This document shows, piece by piece, positions 38,723-54,068 of a stretch of DNA of 64,000 nt. This DNA comes from Octopus vulgaris (taxonomy: Eukaryota). The stretch spans positions 138,012,001-138,076,000 of the forward strand of contig OX597816.1 of assembly GCA_951406725.2 (NCBI GenBank), in the 5' to 3' direction. The notes beneath the pieces were generated by a model, which saw only the letters and a program-made list of their open reading frames with translations, was not told the DNA's origin and searched no databases. The translations under genes and the position numbers were made by a program. The stretch's first letter is position 1, and every line of letters begins with the position of its first letter.

Positions 38723-39687
38723 TGTATGTATGTATGTATGTATGTATGCATGTATGTATGTATGTATGTATGTATGTGTGTGTGTGTATGTATATATGTA
38801 AGCATGTATGCATGTATGTGTGTGTATATATATATATACATTAATATGTATGTATGCATATATGTACGTGTATAAGGTTGTGTGAACGGAGTCTATTCGT
38901 GTCATTCGTGGAGTGGCGGGTGGGGGTGGGGGATGAATGAAAGAATAAAATGGAAGAGGAGAGAGTGTCAAGTTGTTTGGTCGTCTGCAAATATATTGGA
39001 TTACAATTGTCGGATAAAAACGCTTAATCCAGTACTGACATGCCGCTTGGACAATGTTATGTTTTCCCTTCTTCATCACACTAGTGAACAGGGTTGCTTT
39101 CAACGGACGACCAAGATTGATGGAAGTTCTCATCAAGAAACGTCAGCGGACGAATCGAGTTGGCTAAGATTGATGAGGGCATTTTACTAAACCGGCCTAT
39201 ACGTTCTCTCTGTCTGTCTCTGTCTCTCTTCCCTACCACCCTCTTTCTCTCTCTTGTCTATCCACTTTTCTCGCTCTTGCACCTCACAGAAAAAAAAAAT
39301 GCAAATCCTTTACCTAAACACATTAAGACGGAAAACTATCCAAACCCTTCTTAGCGTAACATTCTCAATGTTCCCATTCCATTTACCATTTCCTTTCATC
39401 TTATGTTTTCTTCTAGCCTTCTATACTAAACTTCTTTTTCGATTACGTGTCTGACAGCACCATAATCACCGTTACCATCCTCACTGTCGTCGTTGTCTCG
39501 TTGTCATTATCATCATCGTCGTCGTCGTCGTCATCATCATCATCCTATTTATCATCATAACCATTCACATTTCTTCATAACAATCACACTGAATTAGATT
39601 ATATGTATGTCACTGTATGTCACACTATGTTTCTCTTAGTTTGTCTGCCTGTCTGTTTGTCTGTCTGTCCCCCCTCTCTCTCTCTCA

Positions 39688-39775
<88 letters not shown>

Positions 39776-40014
39776 AATTAGAGAAAAACCACTATTATGC
39801 AATTCAAACAATGATAGACATAAACCAAATCATAAATAAAAAATAAATATATTTTAAAACAAATAACTAAATCACAAAAAGTACAAAAATGAATAAGCAA
39901 TATATAATAAGTAAAAAGAGAAGTACATATTATATATTTTATATATTTATATTGTGAAATTTAATTTAATACTAAATTGATTTTTTCCCTGTAAGTTTGG
40001 AGTTATACTCCCTA

Positions 40015-40085
<71 letters not shown>

Positions 40086-40146
40086 ATATATACTACATAT
40101 GTGTATGTGTGTATGTGTCTGCGCGTGTATCTATGTATGTATATAT

Positions 40147-40272
40147 ATGTTTCAAGCTACTTGGCTTTTATCAATGGGAGTTACCAAGGAGACGCAGCTA
40201 AAAGTTGCCTCTCTCAGGTACCACCCATTGATAAAAGCCAGCTAGGTTGAAACATCAATGTCTGTACAGGTA
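40147..40272 (+). ncRNA. Fold-back with a hammerhead motif (U3-A8 core) in its right arm
   Basis: TTGATAA (40228-40234)-AAGCC-AGCTA-GGTT-GAAACAT-CA-ATGTC; the left arm is a truncated inverse copy abutting (TA)n. Confidence 0.6.
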
Positions 40273-40509
40273 GATGGCGACACTGAACAAATATGTTGCT
40301 TTCACACCTTTTTAACACAAGAGATATGTTTTCTCTACGGTAACTGCAGTGAATTTGCCTTTTACCAGTTGAACTATGTAATAAGCATATTTCAACTAAC
40401 CTAAACTTTACTTATGCCCAAACACTATTTGTCGCTAATATTTCGTTATACAGATACATGCATGTATATGTGTATGCATCTGTGTGTGTGCGCGCATATG
40501 ATCTATCAG

Positions 40510-40775
40510 ACTGTTGGATGTTGTTATACAGCTCTGGTCGCAATGCGCTTTGCATTGTTTTAGCTTTCGAAAGATGCCACACCTCTGGATAGGCGAGAAG
40601 GGCAACATTTCTTCTTATCGGAAGACTAGTCCGTTGCTGGGTTACCCAGTTCCAACTGAGGGAACGTGAGCAGCATGAAATTATTTTGCTCAAGAATACA
40701 ACACGTAGCTGGTCTTGGAGACCTCGATCTCAAGATCGTGAGTGCAACATGCTTAACCACTAAGCCACGCACCTT
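40510..40775 (-). mobile_element. tRNA-derived SINE (family C-type head)
   Basis: Reverse complement cgtggcttagtggttaagcatgttgcactcacgatc...tgtattcttgagcaaaata. Confidence 0.7.
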
Positions 40776-40802
40776 CGCACACATAGACACACAGATATAT
40801 AG

Positions 40803-41168
<366 letters not shown>

Positions 41169-41758
41169 GAAACGTTTACTGAAACTTGAGGTTGCTCGAA
41201 TGGATTCATGCTCATTACCTGTTTAATAAAACCGAGAAATTCCGTGTAGTGGACTCATAGAAAGTTGGATTCTCGACTTTGAATAAATGTGTATATTTAT
41301 TATTTCTCACTATAGTACAAGACGATCAGTTTCCAAAGGAGAGAGTTTGTCGATGCCATAGGCCGTAGCACTGGGTCGATATTTTGTTTTATCAATCCTG
41401 GGGGAAAGAGAGCAAAATAGACGTTTGTCGGAATTGAACTCAGGATGTCAACTGATGGAAGAAATACCACCAGATATTTCTTCGTCGCTCTAACGATTCG
41501 GCCAATTCAATGTCTTCGGCGATATTTCCTGCTAAATAACAACGGTTTAATAAATATATAACCAGTAATGTTCAGACTAGTTCTGCACTGGTGTTCGTAT
41601 TCTATCGATCTGAAAGTATAAAACCTTGCGTTGCCTTCGGTCCTATTTCGACTCGGAAAGTAAACAATCTGAACAGTGACCGTAAAGGCGATTTTTCCGA
41701 CGCTCAAGCGATTTTACGACATCGGCGCATTAAACGATAATATGTGCGTGTGTGTGTA

Positions 41759-41803
<45 letters not shown>

Positions 41804-42129
41804 CTATTTGGACTTTGGGTATATGTGGATTATAGTATGTCGGTTAAAGCACATTCACTGTTTGGGCTACCTGATGTCATCCACAGATATGATATAATTT
41901 TCACGGGATTTACGTCAGGAAATCTGCAGTGTTTATTAGATTTAGTACGAATCTTTATTCAGCACGAGGATCGTTTCGAGCCATCCTGCATCTGTCCCAT
42001 TGGAGTAGGATATTGTGTTTCAAAGCGACGAAAATATTTTGACAAAAATTAAATTTAAATATTGAAGTGAATCTAACGGTTTTTTTTGTTGTTTTTAAAT
42101 AGCTTATAAACACCTTCCACACTACAATT

Positions 42130-42220
<91 letters not shown>

Positions 42221-42297
42221 AATACATATACATATACATATATATATACATAAATATATATATATATATTTACACACACACGCACACACATATATAT

Positions 42298-42993
<696 letters not shown>

Positions 42994-43105
42994 AATATAA
43001 ATGAATATTTTCAAAGAGGAAGAATTTACGGATTTTTTCTCTTACGAGGTTCTTCACGCTGACTACTGATAATTTCTTTTAAAGATTTTATCCTCAATTG
43101 TTAAT

Positions 43106-43155
<50 letters not shown>

Positions 43156-43294
43156 GACATATTTATATGCATGTGTGCGTATGTGTGTACGTGCGTGCGT
43201 GCATGCAATTTTGTATGTATATATGCATACAATTTTTAGTAAAAGTTTTAATTATGCCATTTCCAGAAAAGGCTTCAGAACAAACAACTAAGTA

Positions 43295-43714
43295 TATTCT
43301 TTTCTACTCTAGGCACAAGCCCCGAATTTTTGGGAAGGAGTCAGTCAATTAGATCAACCCCAGTACACAACTGGTACTTAATTTATCGACCTCGAAAGCT
43401 TGAAAGGCAAAGTCGACCTCGGCGAAATTTGAAAACAGAACGTAACGGCAGACGAAATACCTATTTCCTTATTGCCCACAAGGGGCTAAACATAGAGTGG
43501 ACAAACAAGTAAACAAATGGATTAAGTCGATTATATCGACCCCAGTGCGTCACTGGTACTTAATTTATCGACACCGAAAGGATGAAAGGCAAAGTCGACC
43601 TCGGCGAAATTTGAACTCAAAACGTAACGGCAGACGAAATACGGCTACGCATTTCGCCCGGCGTGCTAACGTTTCTGCCAGCTCGCCGCCTTCGTTTCTA
43701 CCAGCTCGCCGCCT
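43295..43714 (-). mobile_element. SINE family B with tandemly repeated body
   Basis: gaaaggcaaagtcgacctcggcgaaatttgaa...aacgtaacggcagacgaaatac occurs twice; the 5' end is also duplicated (ccagctcgccgcctt x2). Confidence 0.88.
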
Positions 43715-44542
43715 TAACCACGAATTATATTGCAGTCAGTAAGTTAAAACTAGATTCCAAACTGTCGATTTAGAGTTATTTTAATAACAATATGTGGTTG
43801 CGAGTTAGGAAAGTTTGAATTTGTTATAATATTTTGTCTTCTATCCCCATTCATATCTAGTTTCACACAGCTTTTTGAATGCTTTACGGGTGAAATCTTT
43901 GGGGAAATTCCATTTCTAATCATCTTCGTTGATTCAACGAAGATCTTGGTTTCTCATGAATATCTAAAAGATCGGTTTAACATGTTGTCGAAAAAGTTGA
44001 ATGTTTAATACTCTCCAGTGAAACTGATCAAATATCTTTAACATATTGCAGTCAACTTAGAGCAGACTCTACTAATATATTTGATACACTAACTGGCAAT
44101 TTATCGATGCAGACACAGATTGAAATATGACCAATAAAAAAGAATGAGCAGCGAATATGACAGAGATACAAAAAGATAATTTACGAATCTTCCAGAAAGA
44201 GAAGAGTGTATGGCATATATGTATATATAAACATGAAGGCACTGCTATAATATGTGTAGAAAGTTAAGTGGTAAAACTGATACTCTGGTGTAGCCAGGAT
44301 ACATAAGTTGAGCTGTTGAGATTGATGTTCTGAATAGTTTGTAAGGTATGAATTATATCTATTGAGACTGATACTCCAGCATGGCCCGATTAGTAAGTTC
44401 GTGACTGATATAGTGCAATAATTGTTAGTGATTCTCAAGCATGGACAGAAGAGTTATTATTGAGATGGCTATTTCAGCATGGCCCACAAGTCCAAACATT
44501 GTATTCCATTCACCAGGTTGATTTTAGCTGATTATTATAAGT

Positions 44543-44862
44543 GAAGGCACGTGGCTTAGTGGTTAGGGTATTCGGCTCACGATCGTAAGGTTGTGAGTTC
44601 GATTCCTGGTGACGCGTTGTGTCCTTGAGCAAAACACTTTATTTCATGTTGCTCCGGTCTACTCCGCTGGTAAAAGTGAGTAGTACCTATAATTCAAAAA
44701 GCCAGCCTTGTCACTTCTTGTGTCACGCTGAAACTCCCCGAGAACTAGGTTAAGGACACACGTGTCTGTGGAGTGGTCAGCCACTAGCACGTAAATTTCA
44801 CAAGCAGGCTCTTCCATTGATCGGATGAATCGGAACACGCGTCGTCGTAACCGACGGAGTGC
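44543..44862 (+). mobile_element. SINE family C, full length
   Basis: A box tggcttagtgg, B box gagttcgattcc, tgtgtccttgagcaaaacactt, 3' cgtcgtcgtaaccgacggag. Confidence 0.88.
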
Positions 44863-44880
44863 TAGTATTAGTATTATGAG

Positions 44881-45040
44881 CAGGTGCAGGCGTGGGTGTT
44901 TTAAGAAGTTTGCTTCCCAACGACATGGTTCCGATTTCAGTCCCACTACGTGGCATCTTAGTCAAGTGTCTTCTACTTGTAACAGGGCCGACCTAAAGCT
45001 TGTGAGTGGGTTTGGCAGACGGAAACTGAAAGAAGCCTGT

Positions 45041-45128
<88 letters not shown>

Positions 45129-45345
45129 CTTGCTTTTGTCCCCTCCCATCACAATCGCTTGACAGCTGATGCTTGTGTGTTCACGTCCCGTAACTTAGCG
45201 GTTCGGATAAGAGACTAATGGAACAAGTACTAGTCTTAGAAAGAATAAGCCATGGAGTCGATTTCTTCCATTAAAACCCTTTAAGGTGGTGCTGTAGCAT
45301 GGCCGCAGCCAAAGGATTAAAACAATTAAAAGAATAAACGAATAA
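44881..45345 (+). mobile_element. SINE family A, diverged
   Basis: Head, internal (TA)n, ttagcggttcgg and gcatggccgcag motifs. Confidence 0.8.
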
Positions 45346-45614
45346 AATAATACAGACACTGATGAATGATCGGAACTATAACGGATGGGACAACTACTCC
45401 AGCATGGACACAACTGTAAATATTCACACTATTACTCAAGCAGACCCAGAAACTAGAGCTTTTCAAATTTCTACTCCAGCATGACCAGAAATGCAACAAT
45501 TGAGACCGCAACACAAGTCTAACAATAACTACAATGTTTCAAATTGATACTCCGGCATAACAAGCGTAGTCTGAACTATTATTGTTACTCCAGATTAGTA
45601 AGCACATTAAGATG

Positions 45615-45777
45615 TAGTCGTGCGGTAAAAAGCTCGCTTCCCAACCACATGTTTACAAGTTCAGTCCTCCTACGTGGCAACTTGAGCAAGTGTCTTTTGC
45701 TATAGCCTCGGATTGACCAAAGCCTTGTGAGTGGATTTGATTGACGGAAACTGAAGGAAGCACGTCATATATATATA

Positions 45778-45852
<75 letters not shown>

Positions 45853-46088
45853 ATATATATATATATGAATTTGTGTCTGTGTGTTTGTTCCGACACATAA
45901 CTTGACAAGCGAGGTGAGTGTGTTTACCTCCCCAAAACTTAGCGGTTCGGCAAAAGGGACCGATAGGATAAGTACTAGGCTTATAAAGAGTAAGTCCTGG
46001 GGTCGATTATTCGGCTATAAAGTGCTCTTAAGGCAGTGCTCCAGCATGGGTGCAGTCAAATGGCTGAAGCAAGTAGAAGACTAAAAGA
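45615..46088 (+). mobile_element. SINE family A, diverged
   Basis: Same organisation as the other family A copies. Confidence 0.8.
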
Positions 46089-46306
46089 GCAAATCAACTG
46101 ATGATGGTGGTCTCTCGCAGTTCGAGAATGACGTTTCTGCAGTTTCTTGCTGATCAACCGGCAGAAATGTTTTTGTTTATAGTGATCAAATATTTGTACC
46201 GTACATTAGTTCACTCCTCTCATCAAATCGACCATTATTATTATTTAGAGGATTGTAAAACCCGGTGCCGTATAAGAAAACCATTCGCATGATTATTATT
46301 ATTATT

Positions 46307-46494
<188 letters not shown>

Positions 46495-46639
46495 TAATAT
46501 CATCATTATAGCCGTCATAGTGTGAAGTCACGGAAATTTGGTGCTCCGTAAATTGAAATAGTGTTTGTAATCTCTCCGCCCTTCTAAGGCCCCATTTTTT
46601 AATTTCTGTTGTTACCATTACATTTTGGAGATTGTCTGG

Positions 46640-47930
46640 ATTGTGCAGATAGTATTTTTGTGCAGATAGTATTTTTGTGCAGATAGTATTTTTGCTGTTC
46701 TGCAAGGGGTGCGCATAAATAATTTTCGAATTTTAACTTTCGGCAAAAACAAATATTTGGTAATTTTCTGCAATTTTTTAAAGATGGCTGATAAAAAAGC
46801 CATCATAATGTTCGATAAAGGAACGCATTCCCTGTCGGGAAATTTTGAGAACAAGGAAAGAAATGAGAATATCGACATTGAATGGCCTAAACTTAATGGC
46901 GTCATCGGGGGGAAAAATGTTTCGTCTCTAAGCAGCGTCAAAACTTTAGTTGTTGAAAAAGAGAACAACAGCAACAGCAGCAGCAGTGACAACAGCAGCA
47001 GCAGTGACAACAGCAGCAGTGACAACAGCAGCAGCAGTGACAACAGCAGCAGCAGTAGTGACAGCAGCACAGTAGCAGCAGCAGCCGTTCAAGAATTTGG
47101 ACCTGGAGATCTTCATTTCCAGCGACTTCGAGGGCCACCTCCCAGTGGTGTCGGGCGTCAACGAAGAGTCCTCGACTACAAGACGACCAAAGTTTTTTTT
47201 CCAACGTCTGGGGTCTCTCGCCCCTAAGCCCTAGACCATCACCTAATCACCCTTACCCGTCTTGTTGCTTAACAACAGCAACAACAACATTTAAATATAA
47301 TAATAACCGCAACAATACAAAAGAAATAAAACAAAAATGTAAATATCACCCCTGTTTCTTTTGCATCAACGGCGACAAATATAGAGTATTTCCACATAGA
47401 TGAAAAAGAATTAAAATTTGCTAAAAAAATTATTAAAAGAGATGGAAGAATGGTAGCTCTAAGTCCTCCATCTGAATGAGTAAAAAATATCGCAAGATGC
47501 ACAGTCATATACCGTTGCATCGGAGTCAAGTCTCGGCGGGTGGAAAATGCTCCCAAGAGCGAAGTACAAAAATTCCTTGGGCGCGTGTATGAACAAAAGA
47601 CCCACATCACCCGAGGGAAGAAGTTTGGAACTAGTGGGGTGAGATTTGGGACGGAAGAAGAAGCTAGATGTAATTCCGCAACCACTTTGAAGAATGACAA
47701 CTTTTTCTTAACCCCCAGATATCGCGGCCAACGTCTTGCCAAGATTAGGGTGCTGAATGTGCCACCAGAGATATCCATTACCTGGTTAGTGGCGGCCGCC
47801 TTGGCAGGTTTAGAAGAAGACTAAGTCACAAAAAACTACCTGAGCAAAACTGGTTAGGTATAGGCATGGAACTGACCTTGCAATGCAAGCAAGACCATAT
47901 AGACCAGCTGCCCGATCTAATCGATCACCC
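46640..47930 (+). mobile_element. 5' end and ORF1 remnant of an L1/Tx1-like LINE (tentative)
   Basis: 5' tandem repeat tgtgcagatagtattttt x3, ATG at about 46783 (MADKKAII), low-complexity Ser/Asn tract, RRM-like segment TRGKKFGTSGVRFGTEEEA...PRYRGQRLAKIRVLNVPPEI; in-frame stops. Confidence 0.55.
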
Positions 47931-48134
47931 GTATGGCACTCACCTGTCAGTGTTCGTGCAGGGTAGAAAACCAAGATGCCATAAATGTGGATGCCCTGAA
48001 ACAAAGAAAAATGAAGTCTCACCGCAACCAACATTATAAGTACCACAAAAGCTTAAATATAAACAAGTGCACAAGATTCTTACACCTTCTCCCACACCCA
48101 CGCCCATACCTCCTCCCAAACTAAGACAAAGAAG

Positions 48135-48957
48135 GAGTCTTCATTTCAGCTATCTTAGTACCGGGCATCCTCTGGAGGTCAAGAGTAGCAAGGGCACTTT
48201 TGCTTTGCTATGCATGCTAAAATTATCACCACATTTATTCCATTTTAGCTGGAGAGTGCTTTCCTTAGTATATGTGCTGTACCTATCAAGGTTATCTTTT
48301 GTATTTCACAGAGACTGGAGTTACCAGGGAGTTGCTTCTCAGCTCCTTTCTTTATCATTCCCAACGCACCAATTACCACTGGTGTTATCTTAGTACTAAG
48401 CTACCATATTTTTGTAATTTCGATTTGCAGATCTTTATAGTGAGAAAACTTTTCGTATTCCTTTCTTGAGACATTTTGATCTTGCAGGACAGACATATCT
48501 ATTAACAGACAAGTTTCTCTGTTGTAGTCCTTGATCACAATGTCTGGTCGATTGGAGTCAATTTTTCTGTCTGTTTGTATTGGGAAGTTCCAAAGGATGG
48601 TGACGCCCTCGCCATTTACTACATCCTCTGCATGGTACTTGTACCACTTATCATGGAATTTAATTTTCTAGTATTTACAAGCATTCCGGTGGATGTATTC
48701 CCCTAGTCTGTCATGTCTTATAAGGTACTCCTTTTCAGCGAGGACTAGGCAGCCAGAAACAACGTGATCAACTGCCTCAGTGCATTATCCACTTAAGGAC
48801 GTTTGCCTGGTAGTTTCTGATTTTGCGCTGCAATAACAAATCCTTCTGTTTCCCCTTTCAGACCTGTCCCTTGTAGCCATTGTTGTGTTAGATTGTAATC
48901 GTTATCTGGCTTGGAAGCTAGTTAGGGTATTTACCATGCAGGAGTTTACCTTCCAGT
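48135..48957 (-). mobile_element. 5'-truncated R4/Dong-clade LINE (restriction-like endonuclease C-terminus and 3' UTR)
   Basis: Minus-strand LHGKYP, LKGETEGFVIAAQNQ, DHVVSGC..EYLIRHD, NRPDIVIKD..LIDMSV..KEYEKFSHYKDL, PVVIGALG, GTAHILRKAL*. Confidence 0.9.
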
Positions 48958-49024
48958 TCATCATCATCATTATCATCATCATCATCACCACCACCACCAC
49001 CACCACCACCACCATCATCATCAC

Positions 49025-49063
<39 letters not shown>

Positions 49064-49199
49064 TATTATTATTATTATTATACCTTTCATCCTTTCTCTG
49101 TCTATTTGTCTATGTCCCTCTGACAACCTTTCTTTCTCTCTCTCTCTCTTTGTCGCTGTCTCTCTCGTCCTCTCTCTCTTTCTTCTATGAATACTGGTA

Positions 49200-50061
<862 letters not shown>

Positions 50062-50334
50062 TCCGTCCGTTTGTCTGTCCGGCTGTGTGCCTGCCACTTC
50101 CTTCCCTTTGATATATTTGTCTAAATGTCTCTAAGATTTCGTATTTCCTAATCACTCACTGAAGGCTGGTGTGCCATGGTGTCGGGCTGGGGTACACCTT
50201 TTCTTTGATGTCCTTCTTTCTCCTGTCACATATATACATGATCAAAGAACTACATAGGGAAATTACTATTTACATATACTTATATGTACATAAATATATA
50301 CATATATACATACACGCATACGTATATGCATGCT

Positions 50335-50390
<56 letters not shown>

Positions 50391-50461
50391 AGTGTGTGTG
50401 TGTGTGTGTTTGTATACATATATGTATATATATATTATGCAAATGTGTGTGCATATATTGC

Positions 50462-50497
<36 letters not shown>

Positions 50498-50918
50498 ACA
50501 TACATACATACCTATATACTCACACATACGCACATAAACATTTATATATATATATATGATACATATATACGTATATATGTGTGTGTGTGTTTATTAGTAT
50601 GTATATACGTATGTGTGCGCGTGTGTATGCATGAGTGTGTGTATATACTGCCATTTGTACAAACATGGGCGGACATAGTTGCGTATGTGTGCTGTGTGGG
50701 ATTAAAACGCACGCCCACAGATCCCATCCTCACTCGTAAATAGTAACTCTCTTTTTTCTGTTTTTGTCGTAGATTTGCGATTAAAGTTGCCGATGTTACT
50801 ATCCGTGCTGTTTTTAACGTAGATGGTTTTTTCCCCTTCTGTTGTTTGTTCTCCTAAGTCAGCGCTGAGACTGAGATCTACGATCAATGAGTTTTCTTCT
50901 CAAGACCTTTGTGTATAT

Positions 50919-51288
50919 AGGAGTGGCTGTGTGGTAAGTAGCTTGCTTATGAACTACATGGTTCCGGGTTCAGTCCCACTGCGTGGCATCTTGGGCAAGT
51001 GTCTTCTACTATAGCCTCGGGCCGACCAAAGCCTTGTGAGTGGATTTGGTAGAAAGAAGCCTGTCGTATGTATGTATATATATATATATGTATGTGTGTG
51101 TGTTTGTGTGTCTGTGTTTGTCCCCCTAGCATTGCTTGACAACCGATGCTGGTGTGTTTACGTCCCCGTCACTTAGCGGTTCGGCAAAAAAGAGACCGAT
51201 AGAATAAGTACTGGGCTTACAAAGAAGGCGGTGCTCCAGCATGGCCGCAGTCAAATGACTGAAACAAGTAAAAGTAAAAGTAAAGTAA
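50919..51288 (+). mobile_element. SINE family A
   Basis: aggagtggctgtgtggtaag head; (AGTAAA)n tail. Confidence 0.9.
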
Positions 51289-51372
51289 GTATAGGACTAC
51301 ACTTCATGCGTGTTCACAGTTTTTTTGTTTTACAAAATTATAATTCAAGGCTCGAGAATGTCGATACTACGC

Positions 51373-51775
51373 TTACTCTTTTACTTGTTTCAAGTCATTT
51401 GACTGCGGCCATGCTGGAGCACCGCCTTTAATCGAGCAACTCGACCCCGGGACTTATTCTTTTGTAAGCCCAGTACTTATTCTTTTGTAAGCCCAGTACT
51501 TATTCTATCAGTCTTTTTTGCCGAAACGCTAAGTTACGGGGACATAAACACACCAGCATCGGTTGTCAAGCAAACACAGACACACAAAAACATACACACG
51601 CATATATATATATACATATATACGACGGGCTTCTTTCAGTTTCCGTCTACCAAATCCACTTACAAGGCTTTGGTGGGCCCGAGGCTATAGTAGAAGACAC
51701 TTGCCCAGGGTGCCACGCAGTGGGACTGAACCCGGAACCATGTGGTTGGTAAACAAGCTATTTACCACACTCCCC
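51373..51775 (-). mobile_element. SINE family A with an internal 23-bp tandem duplication
   Basis: Inverse of 50919-51288; cttattcttttgtaagcccagta occurs twice. Confidence 0.9.
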
Positions 51776-53060
51776 TCTATTCTTGCCACAAGGTCTGAAA
51801 TTTAAGGGAAAGAGGGCAGCCAATTACAACGACCCCAGTGCTCAACTGGTATTTTATTTCATTGATTCCCGAGAGGATAAAAGGCTAATTCGAGTACAGC
51901 AGATTTTGAACTCAGAACGTAATGCCGTTACGCATTTTGTCCAGCGCGCTAATGATTGTGCTAGCTCACCGTATTTGCTTATTAAATTGATCCTTTCAAT
52001 AAAGGCACAAGTCCTGAAATGTTGAAGTAGGAGAAGAGACTATTACATTGATTCCAATGCTTAACCGATGTGTATTTTATCGATCGGAAAGGATGAAAGG
52101 CAAGGTCGATCTCGGCGGCATTTGACTTCGTTAAATTAATAAAACGAGATAATTGACAATTTTCCATATCTTAAGTGCTGTTTTTTAACTTCCGTGTGAA
52201 GAGCGCCATTAATTTTTTTTCTTAAGTTTCGGTGTCCTACAAATACAAAATTATTGAAAACCACGATAATAAAGTTAAAATTGAAGGAATTTTGCTTCTA
52301 AATGTGTCCATATTGTTGGTGCGACTATACTCACTTCTTCTTAAATGCAGGGAACTGATTAGCATATGTGAGAGATTAGACTATTATTTCTAGCAGACTG
52401 AGCCACCACGTAGAGGCTGCAATTTTCGGAGTTCTTTTCACAACTATGACTGGATAGACGCTTCACTGCCGTTCGACATCGAAGATTCAATCGCTGAATC
52501 ACATGAATTATCTACTCTGAAATTGGTTTCAGATTTTGACACAAGGCCAGCAAGTTCAGGAGACGAGTGAAGTCGATTACATCGACTCCGATGTTCAACT
52601 GGTACTTATTTAATTGATCCCGAAAGGACAAAAAGTAATGTCAACCTCGGTGGAATTTGAGCTCAAAACACAAAGAAGGACGAAATGCCGGTAAACGTTT
52701 CGCCTGGTGCGGCAGCGATTAAACTAGCTCCCTACCTTTTCTATCTTCTCTTATATTAACGTATAATTATCTGAGTATTGAGTGAAGGCGTATGGCCTAG
52801 TGGTTAGGATGTTGCAGTCACGATAATGGTTTCAATTCCTAGACCAGGTGGTAACTTGTGTGGTGGTGAGTTGTGATCACATCGATACCTGACGTGTGCT
52901 ATACTATTTGACGGGAGGAGTGAGCTAGGGCCCAGAAAATACATTTGATCACTATAAGCAAATCATTTGTACAGGTCCTTCAGCAAGAAATTGTGGGACC
53001 GACTTTCTCGGACTAAGAGAGACTACTATAAGGTAACCTGAGTATTCCTGACATACGTAT

Positions 53061-53477
53061 ACCTATTTCTTTACTACCCACCAAGGGCTAAACACAGAGG
53101 GGACAAACAAGGACAGACAAACGGATTAAGTCAATTAGATCGACCCCAGTGTGTAACTGGTATTTAATTTATCGACCCTCAAAGGATGAAAGTCAAAGTC
53201 GACCTCGGTGGAATTTGAACTCAGAACGTAACGGCAGACAAAATACCTATTTCTTTACTACCCACCAGGGGCTAAACACAGAGAGGACAAACAAAGACAA
53301 ACAAACGGATTAAGTCGATTAGATCGACCCCAGTGCGTAACTGGTATTTAATTTATCGACCCCGAAAGTTTGAAAGGCAAAGTCGACCTCGGCGGTATTT
53401 GAACTCAGAACGTAACGGCAGACGAAATACGGCTACGCATTTCGCCCAGCGTGCTAACGATTCTGCCAGCTCGCCGT
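53061..53477 (-). mobile_element. SINE family B with an ~185-bp tandemly repeated body
   Basis: cctatttctttactacccacca at 53061 and 53246. Confidence 0.9.
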
Positions 53478-53684
53478 ATACCCTTAACATAATGCAGTCT
53501 CTTGCAGTATGGCAGTATCAGCGAGACGCAATATTGGACCTTTAAATTTGAAGTTACAGTCCAGCCAAAGCGCTTCTTTACAAATTTCCACACACACACA
53601 CACTCACACACACACACACTCACACACACATACACTATCTCTCTCTCTCTCACACACACACGCATGCACACATACACACACACA

Positions 53685-53848
53685 CACGACAGGCTTCTTT
53701 CAATTTTCGTCTACTAAATCCATTCACAAGGCTTTGGTCGACCCGACTCAAGTAGAAGACACTTGTTTAAGGTGTCACACGGTGGGATTGAACCTGGGAC
53801 TATGTGGTGGGGAAGCAAGCTTCTCACTACACAAGCACGCCTGCGCCT
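53685..53848 (-). mobile_element. SINE family A, 5' half
   Basis: cgacaggcttctttca...agaagacacttg...tgtggtggggaagcaagc. Confidence 0.75.
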
Positions 53849-54068
53849 GAAATTAAAAGTGTATGCGATGGCACCAGTGGTTTCAAGGTTAAGAAGAGTC
53901 AAGCAGATTCAACTTAATGGAAGTAACCACTCAATTAAGCACCCCAACACACGTAAATACATACATACATGCATACATACATACATACATACATACATAC
54001 ATACATACATACATACATACATACATACATACATACATACATACATACATACATACATACATACATAC

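Noticed and set aside
39165-39200. Hammerhead-like ttgatgagggcattttactaaaccggcc
   Set aside because: Core, stem II and GAAA are all damaged; too weak to call.
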